Assembly: GCA_008632985.1 (NCBI GenBank)
Contig: QPGO01000144.1
Coordinates: forward strand, 62,001-126,000
Reading direction: 5' to 3'
From: Psammoneis japonica
Taxonomy: Eukaryota
DNA: 64,000 nt
The notes beneath the pieces were generated by a model. The model ran no database searches and was not told where the DNA came from. It worked only from the letters and a program-made list of their open reading frames with translations. Shown here piece after piece: positions 24,979 through 37,178 of this stretch. A program made the position numbers and the translations under genes. The stretch's first letter is position 1. Each line of letters opens with the position of its first letter.

Positions 24979-26660
24979 TCACATCATTGTGAACGTGTGT
25001 ACAGATCCGGATTTCTCACCATTCGAATCGCGCTCTCTCGAACCAACTACAAGAGTTGTGCCGTTTCCTGACAGCGAAATGGACGATCCAAAGTAGTCTC
25101 CACTCTAGCCGCTCCATTTAATCGACCGCCAACTTGAACCCAATCCTTTTTGCTTGCATTGTATTGAAATGTGACGACTTGTCCAGCATTTGTCCGTCCA
25201 TCAGCATCATGTATAGGTAGCTCCCCACGGCAAGAATGCTTCCAGTTCTGCTCAAGGACACGGCTGCACCAAATCGTTCGCCGTGTTGCTGACTCAAGAG
25301 CGGCGAACCACGTACGTTGTGCCCACGTGGCCGTTTCGCGGTCCAGCGTGTAAACTACGACTCTTCCAAGAACCGTGCCGTAAAAGACATGTCCCGGTGC
25401 ACCCACAGCCAAGATCAAACCCGTGTCATCCAGACAACTTGAACACCCAAACAAACCTTCGGCAACTTGTCCAACAATGGGAAAGCCGAGTGGTTCCCAA
25501 AGCGACGATGAAACATCATGCTCGCACACGTGGACTTGTCCCGAGGCATTTCCACCCAAGTCACCAAAGTGAGCACCAATCGTCACAATCGTTCCCTGGC
25601 CATTCAAGGAAATGGACACGCCAAAGCGGTCGCCACGTGCTTGTCCAAGCAAAATTTGTCCATGTTGGTCCCAGGAGCATGTGTCGGCATTGCAGCAAAA
25701 CAATTTTGCAGATCCGGAGCTGCTGCCATTTCCAGTGTCATCATTGGGAGCTCCAATGGCGAGAATGCTCCCCTCTTGTGACAGTGACAGGGAACATCCA
25801 AAACCACTGCTGCTGCTGCCAGTGGTGTTCCCAACAATGCCCTTGCTGATCTGGTGCCATCGCTGCGTTGCAGGGTTGCACCTGTGCACTTGAACACTGC
25901 CGACATCATTCAGTCCCCCGCTGTCACTGCATGTTGCTCCTGTTGCAAGAATCGTTCCATCAGGACTCAGCACAATGGATCCTCCAAACTCATCACCATT
26001 GGCTGCTCCCACCAATTGTTGACCCAGCGGCATTCAAAGACTGTCATGACTGTGGCACAAGACAGACACACAGCCGGGGTGATGAGAAGAAGGAAGGGCT
26101 TGCGATGCTCCCACAGCAAGGATTGCACCATCATGTGACAAGGAAACGGCTTGACCAAACCAAATGGTCAGGAGATTTTCCAGTCAATTCTCTAGTCCAC
26201 GTTGGAGCCAGGTTTGGATTGTGAGATTCAAGACTTCCTCATCATGAGTCAGCAAGAAGGACAAGGAGTTTGGGGTCCCAGTCATTGGGGGTGCATGTGT
26301 TGATGGCACAATGGAAGGTGACACGGCAAAAAGTCTCTTGGGGGAAACAGTGGGCTCCAGAGTCTGCTCCAGATTCTGTCCATTGTTGCGGTTTCTGGCT
26401 TCATTGTTGTGATCGTTTCTCAATGACACCGGCACTGCAATCGCCAGCACAGCAACAACAACAAAAATCAAAAGCACAGCAACCCCCGCAAAAATTGTGA
26501 AATGATTGCATCCTTGTCACACAGACACACTCCATCAGAATGGCAAGACGATTCATTGGCGTCCTCCTTTGTTGACAACGAGTTCACGGTTGATGCATGT
26601 TGTGCATTTGTTCTTTGTTCTTTGGCACAAAATTCCAATCTGAAGATGGCATCATCGCTT
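24979..26660 (-). pseudogene. FG-GAP-like beta-propeller membrane protein gene, 5' three-quarters hypermutated
   Basis: Repeats GDEFGGSIVLSPDGTILATGA and GDRFGVSISLNGQGTIVTIGA, TM LLIFVVVAVLAIAVPV. Frameshifts. Tyr is lost at coordinates above ~25390. Confidence 0.8.
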
Positions 26661-26977
26661 CTTTGTTTGCCACCCAGCCATGCTTGTCAATCAACAAAAT
26701 CAAATCAAATGTGTGTTGGAATGCGATTGATGAAGTTTGGCAACAATTGCACAGTGCTGCAGCCTCAATTCCACAACCACTTTCTTCTGACAGTGAGCAT
26801 GGTGACAAAATGCCGAGCCCGCTGCTGCAGTGCTCCTTGTCACCATGGCTGCTGTGCCAGAAAAGAAGGACAATTGCGCCGGCATGGTTGCCTTTTGTGA
26901 GACTGTGTTTTTGATTTCACTCTGCGAACAGCAGACCACAGCCCATCTTTTGATGTGTTTTCAACCCAGGTGGGTCA

Positions 26978-27186
26978 CAATGGCAATCTTTTATGCTGCA
27001 GAGTCATTTGCACAGAAATGTGCAGAACATTTGCAAAAATGCACCTGACCCGACAACAGTCAAGTCCATTTTTGCACAAATTGTGTGAACACAACAGTTT
27101 CAGCACAAAAACGTGTGGGTTCTGCAGGCATCCACAACTGTTTTGTGCTTTTTATGTCACGGGTCATTTTCGAAAGATTCCCATTG
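26978..27186. mobile_element. MITE, CAATGG-TIR family, internally deleted
   Basis: Termini caatggcaatctttt / cgaaagattcccattg. 3-bp TSD tca/tcg. Lacks one arm of the internal palindrome. Confidence 0.8.
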
Positions 27187-28997
27187 TCGGGGACAATGCA
27201 CGAGGTTTTCTGCACATTTCCATGTGACACACACTTTTTGCACCACAACAGTGTGCAATTTTTGAGCTCCCACATGATGCCATCTTTTTTTCATGCCTCA
27301 CCCACAAACCACAAATCGCGCACACCAAAAATGGCGCCATGCCGCTGCCATGAACTTGACCATCCTTGCACCATCGTCCACAATGACAAAGAAGGTGAGA
27401 ATGCCAAAAGATGTCAATGAGACTGAGGTCAATGTGATGATGTGGTTGAAGCTTTGATTTTTGCCATTTGTTGTGTCTTGTGGACACCAGCCTTTTTCCT
27501 CATGACATTTTTTATGCCAATTTTTCTCATCCTCAGATTGCGATGCGGCATTCTTTGACACGCAAGGCTCTGTTGACTTGATGCTTCATACACACAACAA
27601 TGCATGTCTTTGTGATGTGTCAGTGTGATTTTTATGATGCATTGAGCACACTTTAAGTTGGCGTGGATGACACTTTTGGGTCAAGTGCAAACATCAAACA
27701 TTGGCACCAAAAAAAGAATGATTTTCTGCATTCAGTTTTGAGGGCGCATGGTGATGAAGAAGCCACTGGATGAGTCCAACAGGTGCAACATTGTAAAGCA
27801 GAACAAAAAAAAGTGACATCTGTGTGTTGCATCCATTTTGCTTTGTTCTGAGGTGGAGCAGGTCAATTGCACATGTGGAAATGCTGTCTGCATTTTGTTG
27901 TTGCCACATCAGAGTGCACGACATCGCAATGTCTGCACGCATGACAAAATTACATTGCTGCATTGTAAAATTTACTTGTCTGCACATGATGGTTTTTGTC
28001 ATTTGGCCAATTGTCAATCTCCTGCCATTCTTCATGTTTGAACACAGGTGCTTTTTAATTTTCATGCTCAGCCTTTTTCACAACAACCAACGATCTTCAA
28101 CGACAAGCCAAACATTGCAACTGCGTGCAATGAAATTTTCATCATGCAAAGTGTGCGCTGATCATTCAATCAACAACTGTGCTCCAATTGGCCCATTCGT
28201 CCACATTGTCCTCTTCATTCCACATGTCTTGTCCGCTCTCTTGCAAGAATTTCAAATGTGCCGCTGCCGTGTTGGATGTTTCCTCATCACTGTTCCAAAA
28301 AAGCCACACTGCATTTCTTGCATTTGGGTGAACATCATCGAGAGGAAGAGGTCCCTCGAAATGCAGAATCGCATCACTGCTCCCCTCTTGACGTCGTGTC
28401 GTCTGCTTCTTTTTCTCTTTCTTCATTTTGCCCGTCCCATTTTTCTCTTCCTTGTTCATCTTGGCGCCACCTGTTTTCACCATCTCTGGCGTCTTTCCAT
28501 CCGAATCCTTCTTTTTCATCGATCCCGTCGCTGTCGCCTTCATCGTGTGTCACTTTGTTTTGGATCCATGTTTCTGACTTCTCTCTGTGTTGTCTCCATT
28601 TCCGAATGTTTCTTTGTGATTGTTCGCACACATCACTTGAAGGCACCCACGTGTTCTTCACGTGCCTTAAAGCGCATGTAGAAATCCATGTTGTTTTCCA
28701 GCACATGCACCCTTTCTCCTGATGCATGTTTGCACAATGTTTTCTTCCATCAATTCTGCACTCCGCATTGCCCTTTCCCAGCATGATCTCACGCAGGATT
28801 TCTCTGGGAGAAGTCACATGCGCGTCTGGCTGGTTTTTGTGTTTAAAACTCCAAATCCCATCAGGCGCGCATGTGACTTCTCCCACCACTCTGGCATGTT
28901 TCCACAGAAACCAGAATTTTGTGACTGACGCACGACCAATCTGGTGAATGCAATGGCGGACCCACGACCACAACAATCAGAGCATTAGAAGAAAACC

Positions 28998-29897
28998 ATG
29001 TCAGATGAACTCCGTCCATCCAATGATGAGGATTTCCGTCACTGGATGACGGAGACAGTTGATGGTTTTGTTCACGCTGACGCTGCTCGTTGTTCGGAGG
29101 AACAGAGAGCAAAGGATGCAAAGGCTGCTGTGTCAAGATCGGCGGAAGCAATGGCAGAAGCCCATTGTGCGTTGTGGCTGCAACGACCGCACTTGAGAGT
29201 GCTTTGTTAAATCAAGCAACAACCACTCGCGAATTTAAGCACACCCATGCACAGTGCATCAAGTCATCGATCAAGACACACTGTTCAGACAACGACCATG
29301 TTGTTGCAGTGGAAAATTGCAGCAAAGCAGAAATGAGTTTCCAGCACTTTCTTCGCGGCAACGCATTTGATGCAAAAGAGCTGGGGCTCCCAATCTCCAT
29401 TGCGGGACACAAAAATCAGAATGTGGGCTAAACATGCTGCACAGCCATGACTCGACGTTGCTTCTGAGAAGCCTCAGGGCAAATTCTGACACAGACACCA
29501 CAAGAGCAGCAGAGAGGGAGTTTTCTGCAATTGACAGCATCAACAAATCCATCCACCACCGTGCCGTGCCACTCCTTCAAAGGCGACATCTAACACAGCC
29601 GCAGCACATCCTGAAGGACACAATCACGTTGCTCCACAAGGCCCTTGACGATTTGACAAGGAAAGACGTTGCCTTGCAGTGACTTTGCATGATCTGAGGC
29701 CAGGCACAGATCAAATGTGGGGAGGGACATGGACCGCGATCCGGGCTGTGGATGAAGAAGCCATGGCAAGAGAAAGGGTCCTGCAGCTGGCATTGCAAAT
29801 TGAGGCACAATTGGTGGCTGTCAACCAGCCTGACCACAGCGCCGACTTTCAGCAGGCAATTGTGGCTGCCAGGGAACATTTCATGGTTGCAGGATGA
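28998..29897 (+). pseudogene. Broken helical ORF of unknown function adjacent to the transposase 3' end
   Basis: Consecutive protein-like fragments (MSDELRPSNDEDFRHW..., AIRAVDEEAMARERVLQLALQIEAQL) in shifting frames, Tyr-free. Confidence 0.3.
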
Positions 29898-29998
29898 CTG
29901 AGTGGACCATGCAAGTGGACACTGCATGGAATCTGTGAGGAAGCAATTGCTCTGAAACTGCACACACTGTGAGTGAATGACAGATTGACACACGTGTC

Positions 29999-32900
29999 CT
30001 GTTTTAGAAACAAATCTGACCAACACTTCCTTCTGTCCTGTGTGGCCCAAACAAGCGGGGCCTTTTCTTGTGCTTCTGCTGCTCCTGGACATTCTTCACA
30101 AACCAAAACATTGTCCCCAATTGCTTTGACAGGGACAACACGTAACTTGGGTGAGTGCTGAGTCTTCTCAGGCGTTGAAAGCCAGTTGTTTCATTTGTGA
30201 TCAAGCTGCCAGCAACTGACCAAGTCTGTGTGCTGATGCCGTTGCCTCACAGTTCTCTGGTCAGCTTGACAAGCAGTTGGATGGACCACTGCAAAAATCG
30301 ATCCTGTGTCTTCCTGTTCAAAGAAACACAGCAAACGGGAGGGAAACTGTTGATCGCCCTTTCGTGTGCCAAAGGTCACACAGGCAAAGTCATGCCATGG
30401 TCCTTCACTTTTGCAATTGGGGTGCGCACAGCAAACATCCCTCCCGTTTGCATTGCAAAACTCTGTCTTGCAAGTCAGGTGTGTGTTTTCACTGTCTTCA
30501 CCAACACAATCCTCCCACTTTTCCGACATGAAGTTTGGCAACACAGGATGAACTTGGCAACGAGCATGCTCACTGTTCCACTCAAACGTCACAGCGCCAA
30601 TCCCTCGGTTGCAGGTGAGAGTGAGTGCACTTCCTCCCAGTGTGTGATTGTCCATCCTGACTCTTGATGATTCCTTTTTCCCAGTTGGCAAAATCCAACT
30701 GTCAGCTGAAATTGCGGCATTGAGCCTCATTTGGTCCTCCACATGCGACACGACCTGCTTCAGAAAACTGTTGAGGTTGCGTTGTTGTGTGGCAGATGAC
30801 GGCAGCTTGAAAAAGTCTTTCAAGAGACATTCCCCCAAGCCTGCGTCAAAGTTCATCGCATGTTGGCAATGACAAAGAAACACTGGGAGATGGAGTGTTT
30901 CATGAAGCTTTTGAAGCTTTCCCCCACATCCTTCTGTTCGCGGGACGAATTGCACTGTCCGGTCAATGAGGAGACGGATTTTCTTGTGTGTTTTCTGAAT
31001 GGATGAACTGGGAGTTGCGCTTGTGATGGGTGGATTGCCTAGCCTGCACCATGCGTGGAAGACAAGAAGGTCCTCAAGCAATTGAATGAATTGCTGGACG
31101 CTGCAGTCAAGTCTTTTTCCCTTGCATTTTTTCTTTTTTTGGTTGTCGTCACCATCCTCAGCCTCACTCTTCTCTTTCTCATCCTCATTTTCGTCCCAGT
31201 CACCCTCTTTGGACTCCTCTGACCTTTCATCATCAGAGTTGTCCAAGCACTCACTAGGTTGGTGGCAACTCTCAAAGTTTGCTTTGGGCATCTTGCGATT
31301 CTCTGGAACAATGGGTTTGTCTGCGTCCTCGTCAAGGAAGCATGACTCACATGCGTTTCGTCCCTCGCTGGTTGACAGGAGAAGGCAGAAAACAAAAGCC
31401 ATTCCAGCCCAGTGGTGAGAGTTGAGAAAGGCAAGCAACGTTGCTCCTCCTTTGAAGTTTGTTTGCAAAAAGGATGCTTTGCAAGTTGACCGGTGATTGC
31501 TGAAAATCCTTTCCACCATGCTGTCCACCTCACTTGCGACCACAGGTGTCATGCTGTCTACAAATGAATTGATCACCCTTTTCAAGGTGCCGTTTTCAAA
31601 GAGATGCATCATGTCGATTGCTGTCGCAAGGGTGATGCCACATGGTTGTGCACCAAAGTCTGCCTCAAAAAGACAGTTGGCAGGTGCGCTGTGTTGCTTG
31701 AGGCAATGCAAGATGCCCAACCAGTGCTTCCTTTCTTGGTCTGATCTGTTGTCGTCGTTGGCCTCAGTTTGCACTTGGTGGAGATCCAGTCCCAGGACAA
31801 ACTTGCATTCAATCCATGGGTCGTCCAGTTTGTTGAAGCCAGCGAGGCAAAAACGACAGCAACGTTGACGACAGTTGTGACCTCCGCATCGTCCAACGAG
31901 ACAGTCGCCACTTTTTGCGTCTCCTGTGATGAGAACGATCAGTGGGATCACATGGAGGTGTCGCATCTCATCCCCTCGTCGACGCGTTCCAGCCCTGGGT
32001 GGGAGCTCGCAGTGCTGACGTGTGACAACAACAATTTTTGTCATCCGTCACATGTTTCGTACGCAGATTTCTACGTGTGATGTTTAAAAAAAATTGTCCA
32101 GACTCGCTGTTTTGCAAAGCCCCAGACGTTTTATATGACAAATTTATAGAAACAACAATGTGCCAGTTACATTCTTCAATGTCTGAAGAATGTAACTGGT
32201 CAAGTAAAAAATGATGCACTTCAATCATGTGCGAGTTTGTGCGTTCGCAAAATCGCCTCATTTTCTGTTGGCGATCATTGACATTTTAATTGCCGCACAA
32301 TTTTACTGCGGAGCTCGCACGTAGAAGTCTACGGGCCCAATGTCACACGGATTCCCACCTGCATCTGGAACGCGTCCGTCGCACGCATGTTTTCATGCCT
32401 CCTTTTCTCATGACTTCCAAAAGTGGCTCCAAAACAACGTGCAAGCAAGTGTGGCAGTCTCTTGACGAGCGTCCCTTCTCCGCCTTGTGATTGTTTGAGA
32501 GATTCTTTGCCGCAGATGACGACATCTTTTCCAAGTCCAGGAGACAACCAATTGGTTTCCAGACATTCTTGTCCAACCATTTGTGAAGGCAACATGCGCA
32601 GAGGTCATGATCACTGGCTCTCCGCAATGTGATCCCATCCCTTGTGTCCTGCCAGTCTTGTCGACGTAAATGACATTGCACTTGAGAAATTGTTTCTACG
32701 GGTCAGTCATCCGTTCTTCACAACTGCACCTGCACCACTCACCCGCCAAAAGGCACTTGTCATCCGGTCCCTTCGCTTTGCACTTCCCAAAAGGATTGTC
32801 TGGATCGGCCACATTCTCTCTGCTGCGCCACAGGTGAGGATCAAGCAAAAACTGTTCCCAAACCTTTGTGAAATCCCATCTTGGCACTGACGCTCGTTTT

Positions 32901-33700
32901 GGCAAACCGGTTTTGAAATTTTTGGTTTCTAGAGTGACAGGAACAGACTTGCTGGGTGGAAGAGGGAAATGCTTGGTTAAGGTGCGCATCAACTCTTTTC
33001 TCCTTGGCAGAACTGCACCAAGCTCAATGTTGCTGTTGCCAGTGTGCCTCTCAATGAAATCAACAATGCAGTCGCACAATTCCAGGGGAGCACCACATGT
33101 GTCCATGAGCTTCTTGCACAACTCTGCGCAAGCTCCGTCAAGATTTGTCAAAGAGGGAGTGGAAGCCAAGCCCTCTTCTGCAGGAGCGTCACACCTGATC
33201 CCCAAATGTTGGTCCTCATCATTGATGTCCTCTTCCTCCTCCATTGTCACGCCCAACACTGCAGCAAAGGATTGACCACCGCCAACATCCAAATCGTTCA
33301 TTGCTGAAAGTTCAACTCCTTGCATGCTGTGGTTTGATGAAACAGAGGACATGTCATCCATTCCGTGCGGTGCATCATCCAGGGAGGGGAACAAGGGGCT
33401 GCTGCTTGGATCACTCATTGAAGATCTTGGGAATCTGCTGCGAGTTGATCGCCTTGGATGGGATTCGTCATCATCAGAGGATGAAGAGGAAGAGCTGCCG
33501 CTTTCTTTGGGTGGCCCCTCTGTTGTGGCAGGAATGTCACTTTGATCTGGGATTGGATCTTGGGTTTGCAACTCTTGGGCAACTGAGCAACACGTCGGCG
33601 AGCATCTCCAATGGCAGGCCATTCGCAAAAACCACAACCGGGACAGAGAAGAGGGTTTCCGTCCATTGCAAATCAGACAACATTGACAGGGCCTTCATCA
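29999..33700 (-). pseudogene. Plavaka/CACTA(CMC)-like transposase, near full length, interrupted by a MITE
   Basis: DKTG...GEPVIMT, WKPIGCL, RDCHTCL, LIVLITGDAKSGDCLVGRCGGHN..CRFC, DMMHLFENG, KLQKLHETLH...NFDAGLGECLLK, CCAHPNCKSEGPWHDFACV, FPSRLLCFF, WSDLF. Family assignment is from remembered motifs, not a search. Confidence 0.8.
31981..32376. mobile_element. MITE, GTTCCAG-TIR family (subfamily A), 396 bp
   Basis: Perfect 12-bp TIR gacgcgttccag/ctggaacgcgtc and 4-bp TSD cgtc. Removing it restores the transposase frame GGMKTCVRRGDEMRHL. Confidence 0.95.
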
Positions 33701-34118
33701 AGACTCACACTCGTTGTCCTTGTCTTGTGGATGAGAAGGGAAAAAAAGAACAACACACAAAAAATGGCAGGAAATTGGCAAACATTGCATTGTCTTCCAG
33801 ATTTGGATGATTCTCACAGGTGTGACATGTCTGCATTTTGATTTTTTTTCTGGCATCCACAATGAATGTTGCACTTTTTATTTGCCATCAAAATGCAGGA
33901 CATTGTCTCCGTTGAAATGCAATGACAGCCACATCAAAAAGCAAGTTGGGCCATTCGTTGTCACACACAAACACATTTTCAAATTTCAAATGTTGCTGAC
34001 AAAATTTGTGCAATGTCACAGAGAAAAACAGAGTGCCTGGCTGTCTCAACATGACCCAAATGATGGTTGCACTGTCAAACAGTGCCGCTCCTCTCATTGT
34101 TGCCGTGAAAAGATCAAG

Positions 34119-35339
34119 ATGTTGTCTCCAGCACAACCGGCAAAGAAGAGAAAGAAACATGAGACCATCAAGCCAATGAGCCCGAGACTTCAGGCAGTGT
34201 TGAAGAGAACAGGTGCGCAGGCAGCGCATGGTGCATTGAAATCAGAAGTAAAGAAGGTGGCTAGAAATGATCTCTTTCCACAGGTGAAGTTTCTCAGTCC
34301 GTCAGAATTGGCAAGCAATGGGAGCGTCTCAATGTTTGTCAAGAAACAGATTGCTGGTGGCAACATGGACACTTCAAATTGGTCAGGAACTTGGGAGGAA
34401 TGGGCAAAAAAGGCGGTAAAAAGGCAAGTTGACAATCGCAGAAACACGGTGTGTTCGGCTGTTGGGGTGGAGGCAATGGCCCGTAAGTCAAGTGACCAAT
34501 GTGTGTGAATCGAGAGTTGCACGTGTCTCACAAGAAGATGAGGGCGATGCTTCATCCATGTGGGCGTTGTCACTGAGGAAGAGGGAAAGGAAAAAGAAAA
34601 GAAACTCAAGGTGGCAGACAGGAGGAAAAAGTGGAAAAAGTCAAGCCGTGACAAGAATGAAGAGAATGACATCCTGTTTGTGCCGACATGGGATCCGTTC
34701 AGCCTGGACACTGTCACCGGCGGTAAACGAAGGAACAAGCAGGCACACAAGTGGTTCTGTGATCACATGCTGCCTCAAACCGAGCAAAAGCAGGCATGGA
34801 GCAGTGCCATCAAAACTGGGAATGCACAGGTCTCACAGTTGTTTGCGGTTGGTGACAAAGCTTTGGCGCCATTGGCTGTGGAGAATTGTTGGCAGGTGTG
34901 GGCATGCAGGAACAAGGAGGAGGCGGTGGAAGAATTGGGTGAGGAAATGGAGCCTGAAGAAACAAGGCCTGCCCCTTGGCACACGACGAAGCCAAAGAAA
35001 CAACAAGTGTCTTGGGGAGATGACGGAATCAATCGGTCCAATGATTTGTGCAAAGAGGTGACGAAAGATGGAGACTCCAAGGAGGGCAAGGAGTTTGAAA
35101 AGTGGCATGCGGAGATCAAGAAAAGCGAGTGCAAGAAGTCCGGAGAAGCAAAAAAGAAGAAAAAGAAAGCACCAACCGGCAATGCGGACAAGGTGAAGGC
35201 AATGAACAGCCCAATGGTGGAGAGCAGCAGGGACGACAACAGCAATGATGATGAGCAGGAGGAAGGCGCAAAAGGCAAAACGGACGACGGAGGAGACGAG
35301 TCCGACGATGATCGTCAGCTTAGTTTGAGAGAGTTGCAG
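34119..35339 (+). pseudogene. Element accessory ORF2 (copy 2), divergent from the transposase
   Basis: Highly similar to 3406-4659. Donor gtaagt at 34483 is intact. The stop TAG has become CAG at 35337-35339. Confidence 0.65.
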
Positions 35340-36099
35340 CAAGAAAATGTGCACACAGTTAACATGGCACTCGGTCATTGCACTGCAGACACAACAAGGG
35401 ATTGACCCAACTGATGAAATGCTTTTCTCATTTAAAATGATGTTTGCAAAAATTGACAAACCAAGGATTGTGTGGAGATGCAATCACGCATTGGCATGTG
35501 GCAACAAGGTGGAGGCAGATGTGGTGATGTGGACATGGTGAAAAACAGCACACACAATTCTTGGTGAGTCATTGCGATGTTGGCACAGCAAACTTGCAAC
35601 CAGAGGTTGGCCTTTCATCACATGACAACAATGTTTTGCAATGTTTTGACAAATTGTCATCATGTAAATCTGCACATTTTTAACATTTCGTGCACTCTGA
35701 TGCACTGCTTCTGCTCATCAAATGACTCAATCACTCTGCATTCATCAAACTTTGTTGCTGGCATTTCGGTGCTGGCGTGCAACTGACTCAAGACTCCCAC
35801 ACAGGTTGACAGATCAGCCGATCTTTGAAACAGCGGATCGCGCAAAAATGCACATGCAAAGTCAGTTCCCCCGATTTTTCACATGCAAAAAATGGAGTTG
35901 GAATGCTGTTTTTTTCAACATGAGCTCTTCACACAACAGAGAATGCGGACATCCTTTCAAAACAGTCAAACTGGACAAAAGAAACAGAGAAACAGCGACT
36001 CAAAGTCATTCAAAAAACTGCCGCGCGCAGTTTCCCGTCATTTTGAGACCAAAAAATTGATTTCGAAAGAGCTTTCTCTTTTTGTCCGCACCCTCCAAC

Positions 36100-36427
36100 C
36101 AGTGGCAATCTTTCGTGCTGTGGAGTCATTGTTTCATAAATGCGCAGAAATCATGCAGACCAATGCCAGCAAAAATGTGAAGTTGTCTGTCCATCTGCCC
36201 TCAGTGAGCTTCAATTCTGCAAAAAATGGACTTCACTGCAATTTGATCAGGCACACTTTAGAACAACACATTTGCAGAAATGTGCCTGATCAGTTAGCAG
36301 TGACATCCTTTTTTGCAAAAGTTTTGAGAAGACAACAGTTTTGGCACAAAAATGTGTAGATTCTGCGGACGTCTGTGAGTGATTTGTGCATTTTGCATCA
36401 TGGGTCATTTTTGAAAGATTCCCATTG
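36100..36427. mobile_element. MITE, CAATGG-TIR family, diverged copy
   Basis: Termini cagtggcaatctttcg / tgaaagattcccattg. 3-bp TSD aac/aac. Confidence 0.8.
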
Positions 36428-36597
36428 AACAAAGAAGGCAGCCGGTCATTGAAAATGAACAGATCTGATGAAAGAACAAGCAAAAAATTGGGGGAAAGCA
36501 TGAGCTCAGATGAGAATTTTTTCTCGCACAAAAAGCACGGTGACGGAAAACATGCAGACGCAATGTGACACCCTCTTGTGCACTGCGCGCATGACCC

Positions 36598-37178
36598 ACC
36601 TGGAACACTGACAAAAATGTCACCAACACAGAAAAACTGCAACATTTTGCACACAAATGAGACAATTCTGTGCACTCTTAAAGCCTCGCTTGTTTGTGAA
36701 ATTGCCCCATTGAACAATTGCATGTCGCCAATGTTTGAGAGACACATTTTTCTCAAGTGATCGGGAGTGCTCTTAAGTGTCACATCGTTTGTCTCCATTT
36801 GTCTCCATTTGTCTCCACTTGTCTCCACTGTGGACTGTCTCCGTTTGTCTCCATTTGTCTCCGTTTGTCTCCATTTGTCTCAGTTTGTCTCCGTGTGTCT
36901 CCGTTTGTCTCCATTTGTCTCTGTTTGTCTCCATGTGTCTCCCTTCTCTAAAACTCACATGCACACAAAAAGACACTTAAGAACACCATGTGTTGCTTGA
37001 GGGCGGTTGGTGATTTTGGCGACATTGTCGAAGTGTCACATGGAAAACAGTGATTAAAATTTATTCAATGCAGTCATTTGCACACCAAACAGATTGCAAG
37101 ATTGCACTTGATTGTCTCATGCAGATGCAAAATGTCTCAGTTTTCTGTTTTGGTGACATTTTCATCAGTGTTCCTGGG
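36598..37178. mobile_element. Foldback-type element: ~190-bp imperfect inverted arms around a minisatellite
   Basis: ggaacactgacaaaaatgtcaccaacacagaaaaactg..acattttgc mirrors gcaaaatgt..cagtttttctgttttggtgacattttcatcagtgttcc. Inner pairs are atgagacaat/attgtctcat, atgtcgccaa/ttggcgacat and cttaagtgtc/gacacttaag. Confidence 0.75.
36788..36943 (+). repeat. 10-bp minisatellite (tttgtctcc[a/g]), ~15 units
   Basis: Directly visible tandem array. Confidence 0.95.

Noticed and set aside
36788..36943. CRISPR-like or telomeric array
   Set aside because: Contiguous 10-bp units with no spacers and no cas genes. It is not a recognisable telomere motif and lies within an inverted-repeat element.
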